A stretch of DNA of 64,000 nucleotides from Azolla caroliniana (taxonomy: Eukaryota; Plantae; Polypodiophyta), in the NCBI GenBank assembly GCA_043228905.1, contig JBHGNT010000001.1, forward strand, positions 16,554,001-16,618,000, read 5' to 3'. The stretch's first letter is position 1. Every line of letters begins with the position of its first letter. The position numbers and the translations under genes are program-made. The notes under the pieces are model-generated. The model saw only the letters and a program-made list of their open reading frames with translations, searched no databases and had not been told where the DNA came from. This document shows positions 34,501 through 46,500 of the stretch, in pieces.

Positions 34501-36879
34501 TCCTGCACGAAGAAGTGTTGGGCGATCTCGACATCGCCAATTTTCACCCGTACGTTCGGGTAGGCTCCATGTAGTTCTTCCGTGGCGCGCGTCGCTGCCC
34601 GTATTTTCCAACCGTGTTTGGTGTTGATTGGCCATTTTCCCCTTTTGTAGAAGTCCATGGACATCAAGTTGATTTTTGAACCGTGGTCCACCAACGCCAC
34701 CACCGGCTCCTGGACATCCCCGATCTTAACAGGGGTCTCCGTGGTCGCTCTGGCCCAGTGCGGCCTCGAATAGTGGCTCTCCGCCAACTCTTCTTCAAGC
34801 GTCATGTCCTCTATGTGCGTCGTTCGCACTTCCACCGGCTTCTCCGGCTCTGGCTCTGTCGAGAGCCTCTTCCTCTTCACCAAGTCTTTGATGGAATCGT
34901 GGAATTGCTTCTTGGCGATCCCGACCACCTCCCTCAGCGATAACTCCACTTTGTTGTCGAGGATAAGTTCCTCCAGGACCTTCTGCAGCTCCGTGGTCCT
35001 TTCGATTTCCATGCTCAACCGGTACCTGGCCTTCTTGGCTTTATCCGGTGCGCCGGTCACACCAGCCTCATTCTGTCGTTGACCGAATCGGGTCTCGTAC
35101 CGTTGCGAGGGCCCAGCCCCTCTGGTTTTACCTACTCGCTTGTCTTCCACCAAAGCCTCGTAGTTCTGGCATGCGGCTTCAATGAAGCCCGTCTTCTCTT
35201 CGACCTAGTCACTCCACCCGGTTACCTCCCGGACCCGTTTTTCCGTGCGGTCCGCTTCTTCTTTCCTTAGTCGTGCGCCGGCAAGCCCTTCCAGCATCAG
35301 CGGCCAAAATCCGGCTTCGTCCGTCTTCCGAGCCTCACCACCTCCGACCCGGATCCCTGCCGACGCCGAGTAGTGGACGGTCTCCGCGTGGCGAACCGCC
35401 GCTTCTTCCATCAGCCGTTTCATACCCCCTCGTCTGACATTCAGGTCCAGGGCCCTTCGGGTCTCGGTAGCGTGCACCCGACCGTTCCATAGGTACACCA
35501 CGTTGGCTCTCATTGCCTCGGCGAAGTCCCCGCAGTCCCTCCGGACGTGGCCGGCCGTGTCGCACCACAAACACTGGTTTCCAGCCAAAGGCCTTCGGTC
35601 ACGGGCCTGTTCGCCGCCGTCCCTCCGTGCCTATGCAATTTGGAGGTCCTTTACCATCCTGGTCAGCTCCTCTAGAGCTGCTCCTTCGCTCGAGCCTCTG
35701 ACCATGCTGGTCGAAGTTGATCTGGTCTCGAGCCAGTCTCGGGTCTCTTCCCTTCGCGCTGGCGGGATTGGCTCAAGATTCCTTGCTGTTACAGAGCCCT
35801 CCCCTGTTGATCCTTTATCGACCCACTCTCGCCATTTGTCAAAACGGCCACAAACTCTCTTCACCACGGCCCAGTCGGCCATCGGCCCGTCCCTCGAGCA
35901 CCTCCGCATGGATGCCGGCATTGCCACTCGAGGGAAACCGGTCAATCGCCTCTCTTCCGGAATGTCTCTCATTACCATCTCGGCCCGGTAGGCCTCCAAA
36001 TAGCTCGTGGCGTCCTTCCCACCGAACCGGCCTATCGTGCCGACAACCGCTTCAATGGCCCTATAAAGGGCGCCTGCGCCTTCGCGCGCACTCACTATCT
36101 GATCCATAGCTGAAGCCATGGCTTCCGCGAGATCCGACCCCTTCATCTTTCTATTCATCTACCGCCTTTTCACGTCGAGTTCACCAAGTATGTCGCATTG
36201 TTATGCTCGTGCCTGTAGAACGAGGCGGGACCACCGGGGTCTTGGACCGAGAAATAGCTGAGAAGGAGGGGAATGGGAAGGCAACAGACGCACTTGCACA
36301 CGCACAAACGCGGGGTACACAGGAATCACAGTGCTGCAACACAGCCAAACGAGACGACTAGAAGTCTGAGTATATGAACACGTATGTATATTAATTTGTA
36401 TGTGTATATCAAGACAGTTACAACTAACAGGCCGGCAAGGCGAACACCGACACTTGTTCACTCACACGAAGAAGAGCGAGATGGAGACTCTGCCGGAAGC
36501 ACACGGGCGTTCCACGAAGCAGAGTCAACCTCCCGAAAACCTGCGCCCAGCAAATACAGAGCAAGGAGGAGAAGAGCTCGGTCCCAGTCCGACAACACTT
36601 CGTCCTCCCCCCCAAAGCGATCCCTTTTTCATTCCTCTCCCTCTCTTTTATAGCCCAAGGAGGGAGGCCGTTATCATTCATTACATCATATTAATTCTCT
36701 GTCCTTTCGGATAGAGATACACCTCGATTCTCTCCTTATTGAATGCGTGCTACCTAGGATCTCACCTCAGCCGACTTGTACCTAGCTACTTACTATACAA
36801 CGAAAGTGTGCTCGCGTGTAAGGGCCGGTTTATACGCGATAAACCAGGTTGCCGCCTAGGGACGGTTTTCTTCACAACG
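31514..36879 (-). mobile_element. Element H: decayed Trp-primed non-chromovirus Gypsy (5' LTR 36191-36879, gag-PR, RT-RH-INT), truncated within integrase
   Basis: PBS 36169-36186 (one mismatch). gag from 36158 with an internal deletion near 35893; knuckle CLWCDTAGHVRRDC; PR LVDHGS; RT DLYSGY/FLDD; RH; zinc finger and INT core to 31514. Confidence 0.9.
34246..34311 (-). promoter_or_regulatory. Predicted -1 frameshift signal between protease and RT (element H)
   Basis: G_GAT_TTT_TAG (34302-34311), 6-nt spacer, stem GGGCTATC/GATAGTCC; loop GTGGGG can pair with CCCCAC (34246-34251). Confidence 0.7.
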
Positions 36880-37680
36880 TAAAACGTTAGATTGGGCCAA
36901 TCAACATCGAATCCCCACTCTAGATTTCAACGTCATGGACAAACTTTGGCTTTTTACTGTAATGTTTAATCACAAGGACCGCCCTTGGAGCACCAAGTTG
37001 TACTACAAATAACATTGAGAAAGTAAATTTATTGACATATAGAGACACCCTTGCCACACATTTTTAGATACATGAGATATTCCACACTTCATTGTTGGAG
37101 TTGTACTATGAGTCTAAGCTCCTTGATTGCAGCATTTTGCAACCAACCTCGATTGAGCCTTGAACGAGAGGAAAGGGATGAGTATGAGGTTGATGAAATC
37201 CTTGACTCAAAGAAGATGTAGGGCCGACTCTATTATTGTTCTTATGGAAGGGGTACCCGATGTCCACGGCCACTTGGGAACCTATTAACCATGTCAAGAT
37301 TGCATAAGACACAATGAAAAGGCTCCATCATTGTTATGCCCATAAACTAACTCCTAGAAATCAGTTCTTAAACGGGGATGTGACGGTCACTAACGCATGG
37401 GTACAAATGTGTTTATGGAAGGATTAGTGGAAGGATCTAGACTATTGACTATTATAAGAGCTAAAATAAGATTGTAGAGAATTGATAAGTGAATGGTGGT
37501 AGGATGCTAGCATAGTCATGCATCACTTTTGTGAATGCAAAAAAGGGGTGTGCTTACCCTAGTCATTGGATCAAAACATTGGCATTGCCCTATGTTTTCT
37601 AGCCTAATCAACCTTGGTTCCTATCCTACTCCTAACCTTGTTCCTCGATTCCTTTTATTCATAAATTAGTCAACGCCTAT
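36880..37680 (+). mobile_element. Very old chromovirus 3' remnant (chromodomain, PPT, probable LTR from about 37378)
   Basis: Near 37150-37340: ERDEYEVDEILDSKK..LWKGYPMSTATWEPINHV, with stops and a frameshift; then AAACGGGGA followed by TGTGACGG. Right boundary is approximate. Confidence 0.65.
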
Positions 37681-39339
37681 AAAAACATTCTCAAACCTAT
37701 AGATCAAAGTGTACATGGAAGGAACTTTGACTGCTCTCACTTGAATCCATGCATCTACATTTTCTCATCCTATCAATTAATACTTTTATCCTCTCATTTG
37801 AAGCCTCAACCTTTGGCATAGTTATCATCTATCCATTGAACAAAAAAAAGAGTCCATCATCCATATCAAAAACTTTCACAAGATAATTTACGTTATTTAA
37901 ATCTACCTTTTTTCATAAAGACAATACAAATAAAGGCATATTAATAATGCAAAATAAGTTTCTATGTGAAACTTTATGTTTTCATTTCTATGGTATGTAT
38001 ACTTTGAATCCATGCTACATTCATATCCTCGAAACCATAAAAATAGTGGCATGTATATAGATGAGAAATTTAATATCTATGAGAAACAGAAATATGATCT
38101 TTGGAATGTTGTCATAAGAACCCAAAACAAATACCATACCATCATTGAAACCCACATTGTCAAAAGTGTATCTAAACATTAGTGAAACAAATAGGCCTTT
38201 GCAACTATAGTTGTTGACAGACAAAAATGAAAGGGGGTTAAACAATTTAAAGCTTTTGGGAAGAAGATGAAGTTTTTGGGAAGGATCAAACAAGGGAAAC
38301 ATAAGTATGAAGGAAAATTATCCTCCACTTCTATCTCTTCCATATTTAGCTTTTCAAAAAAGGCCATCCCTATATGTAGATTAGCATGCATCCTCTTATT
38401 TCGCCTCCAATAAATATCAAAGCAAGTAACAAGCAAGTTAACGCATCCATCCATGTTATAATTGCTTTACCTCTCAGATGAGCCAGCACAATATTTCAGT
38501 CTGATCCGGACGCACAATAATAATGCCTGTTGTTAACATACCCAATCATTTTCTATATGTCCTCAGATGGCCAATCCATATCAATGGGTAAGTCTGTGTG
38601 CAGTAGTCAAATTATCCTCCAGGTGCATGAGATTCAATTAGGCATATGCAAACATTAATTTTAAAAAGTAGTGTTTTGACACAGATATTGACAAAGATAG
38701 GAAATTGTTCAACACATGTAGCATTCAGGTAGGGTTGGGTGTACAGAAGTCTTCTATTATTATTGTTCTCCGTGCAGTAGCCATTCACATTTCCTCCTTC
38801 ATAGGTTTGCATGGTAAAGTCCAGTTGGTAAGGTCATCTCACGCACAAAAAGATAGAATGCATCCAATCCCTACATTCCACAATCTCATCTGTAGTTTGG
38901 CAACATTTGTACATATTAACAAAAATATACTGAATTTAAGCAAATATCCAATAGCAAGACAAATAATACTGAGAAAAGACCATGTATAAATTCCATTTTA
39001 AGAGGAAGATCACATATTAGACCAAATACCACCTGAACAAATTTTCATTAGAAAAAAATCATAAAAGAGTGCAGCGATATAACCCCTTTATTAGCACAAA
39101 GTTGAGATTGCATGTGTCCCAAGTGAAGATTGGGAGCTTTAATATATATGTGTATACAGACAGTGTCATTTTTCCGTAAGGAGAAGTTACAAAGCAAGAT
39201 GGATCCACTTAACTACAAGCAGCAAGCCTATTAATCTTGAACCAATCCAACCATTGGCAATTCTAAAGCAAACATGGTGTAGTATCATTGCAAAACCACA
39301 AACTAGATAGATACTAAGGGCATTATTCAACACAAGAAT

Positions 39340-39499
39340 CTATGGTATATTTGATTGCCTAAGCGGAGCCGGAACAATAAGGCGCTGTCTACCAAAGTGT
39401 TTTAAGTTGTCGCTGTCTGTGTGAATAGAACCTCTTAAGTACAGCATCGTTGTGGATTGAAGTTCATCCTCTGCAAATCCACAGGCACTGAAGAAGGGC
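39340..39499 (-). CDS. GNAT3-like acetyltransferase exon 4
   Basis: RPFFSACGFAEDELQSTTMLY...NIP*, TAG at 39340-39342. Spliced CDS 462+59+57+160 = 738 nt = 245 aa plus stop. Confidence 0.9.
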
Positions 39500-39619
39500 C
39501 TGCATGTTATGGAACATACAAAAATCAGTATATAATTTATTATGGGATATGGTAATTTTTTATGGGCATATTTATCATTAAATGTGGTGTTTAAATTTTA
39601 TGCCAGAATTGAAACTAAC

Positions 39620-39676
39620 CTTTGCTCAGGTGTAGTAAGAGCTGAAATGTCAGTTATGTCACGCCTTAAAAGCTCT
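39620..39676 (-). CDS. GNAT3-like acetyltransferase exon 3
   Basis: TTTTGCAG acceptor and GTTAG donor; RELLRRDITDISALTTPEQ; phases match the neighbouring exons. Confidence 0.88.
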
Positions 39677-39759
39677 CTGCAAAATACATAACCATGGTAT
39701 TTAGGCATAAAACCATCTGAAAAAGCAAGACAAGTTTACAACAAACAAAGGATGCGTAC

Positions 39760-39818
39760 CTTATTATTTGGTGTAATACTCTCCGACCAAGACCTTGCCT
39801 TTGTAGAGATGGGGCTAC
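39760..39818 (-). CDS. GNAT3-like acetyltransferase exon 2
   Basis: CAG acceptor and GTACG donor; VAPSLQRQGLGRRVLHQII contains acetyl-CoA motif A (QxxGxG). Confidence 0.9.
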
Positions 39819-41164
39819 CTGGGAAAACAATACCAATACCTACATCAACTTACATTGCAAAATACATTGCAGCAAAACCTATTAATAATCATCAAAACCC
39901 ATAATTGCCATCAAGTCAAGTTCTAATTGGATAAGCCTTCTTAAACAACGTAAATATGCTTTCAAATATTAAAAAGAGGAAAACCCAAAAACACCCCTTC
40001 GTTTTGCTTTATTTCATCAAATGCTCCTATGCTTATGGTACTTCCCCAAATGCCCTAGATCAACACAAAATCAGCAATTAGATGTGTTATTTGAGCAATC
40101 ATATGGTTCAGTCAGCCCTTTTTTCTCAATTCCATAGTCAATTCATCCTCTTTATCTCTCTTTCAGGGGTTGAACAAGGTTGTCTCAAGAATAATGTACC
40201 TGGCTTCAGCTACAAGAAGAAACATGGATTCTCAACTTCTAAATAACGGATGAGTGACACAAGTAACTTTTGTCTCTATGGAACTGAGGCTTTAAGAGCT
40301 TTTCTTGCAGAATATTGGCATTAATTTCTAAATACATCATACAATCTTATGCAATAGCAGAATTTTATCTTTTCATCCAGATTCTTGCCTATACTCTAGC
40401 AATTCATTCGTTAGGATAACATCCTGGCACTGTTTCGGAAACAAAAGCCTTTTCAGCAACCTTTGACTGTATCCCCATCATTTAAGCTGTTTTCACTTCC
40501 ACTTCTACTTTTTCTTTCTTGTTAATACGGTTGGGTAGCATAGAAGCTGAAAAAGGTGTCGAGAATTTTTGCCTCTCCATTTCCAGCATTGAGATGAACT
40601 GAGAAAACAGACTTGTATTCTTCCAGCCAAGACCCAGGTTAGTGTATTGGCTATCTTAACCTTTTCTTCGTCTTTCCACAGTCATAGAAACTGACAAAAT
40701 GAACAAGAGTTCTCTCCAGCTGATTCACAGCGGCATTTCATCTCTCCTGTACACCATTTAGCACCCATGGAACCTGAGAGAAGATGGAGAGAGTGTTCTA
40801 TCTATGATTTGCCTGTCTTCGCTGCATGGTTACCTTCTTTAATATCTTATAGCTGCCAGAAAAGAATGCATTCCATTCCAGATGTATCTTATGAACCTCT
40901 TTAATCTCTTTTTACAGTCTTTCAGATCCATGCAACCTTAAAAAGCAATGTTCTTTTACAGCCTACATCAATCTTATTAACAAACACAAATATGGTTTTC
41001 TCGCAGCAACCTCACAAAAACAGAAAAAAAAAAAAAAAGACGGCCCTTCTCAAAGATAGAGCTATCATGTGCAATATATATATATATATATATATATTCA
41101 ATCATGTGTAGATCAATGATCATCCAATATCCATAGAAAAGGAGAAAGAAAAAGCAGACCTCAC

Positions 41165-41626
41165 CACGAGGTCATAGATAGAGGCTGTAAGAGCCTCATC
41201 AGAGGTAGCTCGACCAAATGCAACGAGTGTTCTCCTCCGTTGTCTTCTTCTTGGAAGATCTTTGGAGAAGAAAATATTCGAGGGAAGACGTAATCCCTGG
41301 GTAGTGAGGGTTTGTATGAGATTTCCATAGCCATGGTGACGACCATCTCTGTGCATGCTGCAATCGTCTTCTACTCCATAGAAATCTTCTGTGAGATTCA
41401 TGTGCATAGAGACCACAACTGTGCTGTTCCGAAGGGCCAAACGAAGCTTGGAGGGTTGTACAGGCTGCACAAGACCTGGAAATGGCTCCGATGAAGACGG
41501 GAACTGAAGACAGTTCTGACCGGTGGATGCCAGAAGAGAGCTGAGCTCCCAAGGGTCGATGGCATTTCTGTCGAGGCTCACAGACATGGGAGGGAGAAGA
41601 AGAGCGGCAGAAGAAGCCATGGCCAT
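41165..41626 (-). CDS. GNAT-family N-acetyltransferase (GNAT3/At4g19985-like), exon 1 of 4
   Basis: ATG 41626; IDPWEL..SKLRLALRNSTVVVS..LVAFGRATSDEALTASIYDLV; phase-0 donor GTGAG at 41164. Confidence 0.9.
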
Positions 41627-41779
41627 TATCTATTGCCTATCTATGGCCTATCTATTTATTTGCCTATTGCCTATGTGCTTATGGCTTGTGGCTCTCCTAC
41701 GATCCTTCTTCGTTTGTTAGTTGCTTCAGCTTGGGGTGGGTGGGGGTTAGGACGGTCCTCTAATTACATATGTACTTAA

Positions 41780-41873
41780 TCCTCCTCCTCCTCCTCCTCC
41801 TCCTCCTCCTCCTCCTCCTAAGCAGGCTGGCTGATATGAATGTTACATATGTATGTATGTATGTATGTATGTA
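41780..41873. repeat. (CCT)n and (ATGT)n microsatellites upstream of the GNAT gene
   Basis: About 13 CCT units at 41780-41819 and about 6 ATGT units at 41848-41873. Confidence 0.9.
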
Positions 41874-41930
41874 CTCAACGATGGACCCCAAGTTGTCAAC
41901 TTATCCCTCTTAACACATTCACATTCGATG

Positions 41931-43490
41931 TGTTGAGTAGGGATCGGCAACGGCTCAGCTCAACCCTAAACCGTTAGGCTTAACCAGCTTAAAACGGCTT
42001 AGAGGCTTAGGGGCTCGGCTCAAGTTTGAGCTTAACTGAATGGTTTGACCTCGGTTCAGCTTAAAAGGCTGATTCCTTCCAAATTGTATCCGTCTAAGTG
42101 TGAACTTGTTAATAAGTTGGGGCTTAGGATATAAGCAAATAAGTTAGGGCTTAATAAGTCAATAAGTTAGGGTTTAGTATATAAGTTAGGGAGATAACAT
42201 TGTAAAGAATAACGAGTGGAAGAGAGACGAAGAGACAAAGAACTGATTCTCCAGTTCTGTGTATTGTATCTCTGAGAGAGTGAGAGAACGAAGCAAAAAA
42301 ACTTTCCATTAAAGCTTGCACAGTGTAAGTCTGCGCCTACTCTATTTTTCTGTCTACATTGTTTGTTGTTCATAACCAACAACAGATCCATACACGTTGT
42401 CGTGAAGATTTTCGGCAACGATGTGAAAATTGCATGGAATGTACAAAATCAAGTTTGGTTCTTCACACACAATATGAAACAATAATAGTGAAGATATTAT
42501 TTTATATCTTGGTACAAAAAGATGGATGTCTTCAAGAGCTTCCGAATGCATTTTACTAATGTGAAACAGACAACTTAGTGTCAAGTTATGTGAGTCTGAA
42601 GTTTGAGAAGAAGAAGAGAAAAACAAAATTCTAAGATATCCCACATATATAGGACACCATAAAGGATTCAAGAGTATATAACTAGAGCCATATCTCTTTA
42701 TACTTCATCTATGTGTTAGGAGCACAAAAAGGTTTGGTTGTATAACTTGGACGAATGGATGCGACCAAGTTGTTCCAAATGGATTTGGAGAACCGGAACC
42801 GGACCGGATAGATGAATCGATTGGATAGGTTGATCACGATAATTTCGGTGTCGAACGAACAAAATTATCTAGACTAAAAACCTAGTAAAAATTTGTATAC
42901 AAAGGGATGCAAGCAAGGCTTGAACTTTGCACCTCCAAGATAGGAGGCAATAAACTTACCCAAACCAAGATATTTCTTTAAAAATGTTTTTTCTATCATT
43001 TTAGTTTCACATGTAAATTCTCATATTAGAGCTTGAATGAGTGACATGGTTATCATGCATCACATGTAATACATGAGCGCCAAATGGCAAACATGCATTC
43101 TATGCATTGTATGCATGTCTTGTACCCTCACATGCATCATATGCATGGGGGAATTTATAAAAGAGTGGATTAAAAAGATCAAAGGGAGCTATATAATAAT
43201 CAAGAAATTAATAAAAAAAGAAAAAGAAAAATCGTTATCCAATTGGTGATATATTAATCTTGTTTCTCAAATCTAAAGTGAAGGGTTCAATCTTAATCTC
43301 CCTCTCTCTCCATCTTAATCTTTCTCTCGCCATATCAATCTCTCTCAATCTATCTTAAATACTTTCTCACTAAAGCTAGTACAAACTTTGAATCCTTCCA
43401 ATCCAGGACCCCGACGGTTCTGCCTCACAATCCGCACATAGTGACGGATTTTCATGACAACGTTTCCGCAAAACACACTCGTTGTCAACA
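41931..43490. mobile_element. Probable solo LTR (TGTTGA...TCAACA; 41931-42397 plus 43460-43490) split by the solo LTR at 42398
   Basis: 6-bp terminal inverted repeats and LTR-like composition. The flanks (CGATG, GGGAC) do not form a TSD. Confidence 0.5.
42398..43459 (+). mobile_element. Solo LTR of the J-type Trp-primed Gypsy family
   Basis: TGTCGTGAAG...TTCATGACA with ACGT on both sides. Homologous to 49081-49511 and, inverted, to 61125-62547. Confidence 0.88.
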
Positions 43491-43582
43491 GGGACAACCT
43501 TACATAACACAATTGACCTACCACAAAGCTAAGTCATTTCTTTAAAAGTTTTATTTTCATCATTATACTTTTTTATATGTAA

Positions 43583-46500
43583 TTTTTTTATTTATTTTTA
43601 TTTTTGGTAAAATCAGACAATTAGTCATTCCTTTACCGTACACACTTCGGATGGAAGTGTATGTCGTTCCTATGTAATTGATTTGATTCAGCCTTATCAT
43701 TTCTAAGTAGCAATGGAAACTTGGAAGAATAACTTAAATTTCTTTCAATCTTTGTTAAGGTGAATATTATTTCTATACAATTAGTAACAAGCATTACCAT
43801 TTCAACTTGTGTGGATAGACTTGATTGAAAATATATTTGCACCATGCTTGAATATAGAATCATATAGGTTAATGTCAACATGTGGGTAATATCACAAGAA
43901 GATATGGATCATTTGTCAATCAACTTCATTGGAATAATAGTGGATCTTCTCACGTGTGGGAGACTTGCTTGCCAAGCATATCTATGGTGTCGATGAAGCA
44001 TGATGTGGCTCTTCAACTGATCGTAACTATACAAGGCTAATTGCATGTAAAAAAAACCCTATTACAACTTGTAAGTCAACTTTACATATCTACATAGAGA
44101 GATACATATTCATATCATTAAATACCATGAATATGTCTCTCGACATCCCCTAACCTTTCTTATCAGACCAAATGACGAATGTGATGTCCAACTAACTTAC
44201 ATACTTGTCTCTCTTCATGATTGAATATGCTTGACATCTCCAGCAATGAAAATTGCCATAAAAGAAACCCCTTCAATCTCAACACATAACAATGTACTCC
44301 CCTTTGTTCATCAAATATAAAAGCATTTCGCATATTCCAAATAAACCAAAGCCCATAATACCTCAAATAATCCAAAATAATCTGAAAAGAAGGTGAAAGG
44401 CCTCCTAATTCCACTTGTGCAAAAACCCATTTGAAAGGAGATTGTATCACTCCTGTCAAGGACATCCATATTGCATTGATAAACTTCCAAACCATCTTTG
44501 TAACAGGACATGAATAAATCGATGTCGATTGTGCTCTACTTCCATCATACAAAAGAAACAAAAACCACTAGTAATTTTTTTTTTGCATAAAGCATCACCC
44601 AATGGCAATCCACCAACCATAACCCTCCAAATAAACACCTTTGCTCTAAATGACAAATGTGAACACAACCCTTCTGAAGTACATTTTTCCACCAAATTGT
44701 TGGCCTATGAAAAGACCATACCTTAATTACCCTATTTTCTAACCACATATGTTTCCCAATAATTGTATGATAAACCTCATTCGTTGAAACCATACTTAAG
44801 TTGTCCCCCCCCACAAATGTCCAATCAAGATATAGAGAATCTTCATTCAAATGTGGCACATGCCCTTGCAACATTGATAATCCTTGTAATGTATCCCAAA
44901 TGTGCCGAAAATTGCGTGGAATTCCAAATGTTGATCTAGCAATATGAAAAGCCATCAACCTTCTTTGAGAAGTCAAAATTGCATCTTTTAGTGGTACCAA
45001 TCCTAATCGAGCCATTCAATTAAATTAATGTTGCAAAGATTGTTTACTTTCCCAATCCAACACCCTTGATGTTGCCAAAATCTCTAGTTGTAGAGAATTT
45101 GCATGCTCTCTATGTGATGGAGGATCCCACTTGACAAATTCTATCACATTCTACCAAGATGATAATAATTGATTAACAACCCAAGACATTGAACACTTCA
45201 CTTGCCTTTTGGAGTTGACTACATTCCACCAATGTGTTTCTACTCTTACTTTGCCAAACTTGATGCCAATTCTCTCAATAAAGAAAATCACCATTTCTAT
45301 CCATGGTTGTGTGTTTGCAAACATAGAAATGAGTAATGAAAACCTCCGAGCTACCATACGCTCATATACATTCAATAATGCTGCTCCACCAAGCCGTTTT
45401 GGAGTACAAATATGATCCCATGCCAACCAAGAAATGTCATGTTTCCCTTTTTTCTCCCATAATAATGAACGCATGGATTGGGTAACCTTTTCAATAGCCT
45501 TCTTAGGTCATGACAACAATGGAAGATAAAAAGAAACCATGGGTATCATAATGGATTGCACAACTTTAACCCTTATATGGAATGGCCATGGCTGAGATCT
45601 CCAATAGATGAACTTATTTTCAATCTTTCTCGACACCCAATCAACTAGTTTAACATGTGAAACTTCTACTCCAATAGGGTAACCCAAGTGTCGAAAAATT
45701 TCCCCACGATTAACAATCTTTCCTGACTAGCCAAGCTCCAATATATTTTGCTTAGTACATGAAATAAGAACTGATTTATGCATATTAATCTTTAATCTTA
45801 ATGCAAGAGAAAACAATTCCCAAACCTTTGTAGCCTTTGTAACATTATTACATGTAGCTCCCAAAAACATAAAATGATCATCTGCTAGTGCTTGAGCAAT
45901 ACACTGTCTCCCAGATGGCAATCTTAACCCAACCAATTCTCCATCCACCATCATATTATGTAGCTTAACAAGTATAGAATGAGTGACAATAGTAAACAAA
46001 AGTGGACTAAGGGGCCCCCTTGTCTAACTGACCTTCTCACCGAAATAGGTTGTGTTACTCCTCCATTAAGCATGACATGTGACATTGAAGCATCCCCCAA
46101 TGTATATATCAAATTTGACATATGATCACCAAACCCCATTTGATGCATCACCTGACATAAAAAGGACCAATTAACATGATCGTATGCCTTCTCTAGATCC
46201 AATTGCAACATCACAATCTCTTGTTTAGTTTTCACAACAAAATCTATTGCCATCTGAACATTTAAAATATTATGCAAAATATCTCTGTTGGCCAAAAAAC
46301 CATATTGAGCATTATGGATAATAGTTGGCAATATTGTATGTAATCTATTAGCCAAAATCTTTGTGAAAATCGTATAAATCCCCCCCATCAAAGATATAGA
46401 CCTCCATTGAGCAAAGGACACTGGAGATGGCACTTTAGGTAACAATTTTATTAAACCAATCTTCCAAGATTGTGGCATGTGCCCTGTGGACCAAACATTC

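Noticed and set aside
41120-41164. C-terminal RSAFSFSFSMDIG of the 168-aa ORF
   Set aside because: It is intron read-through past the GT donor at 41164; the GNAT domain continues in three downstream exons.
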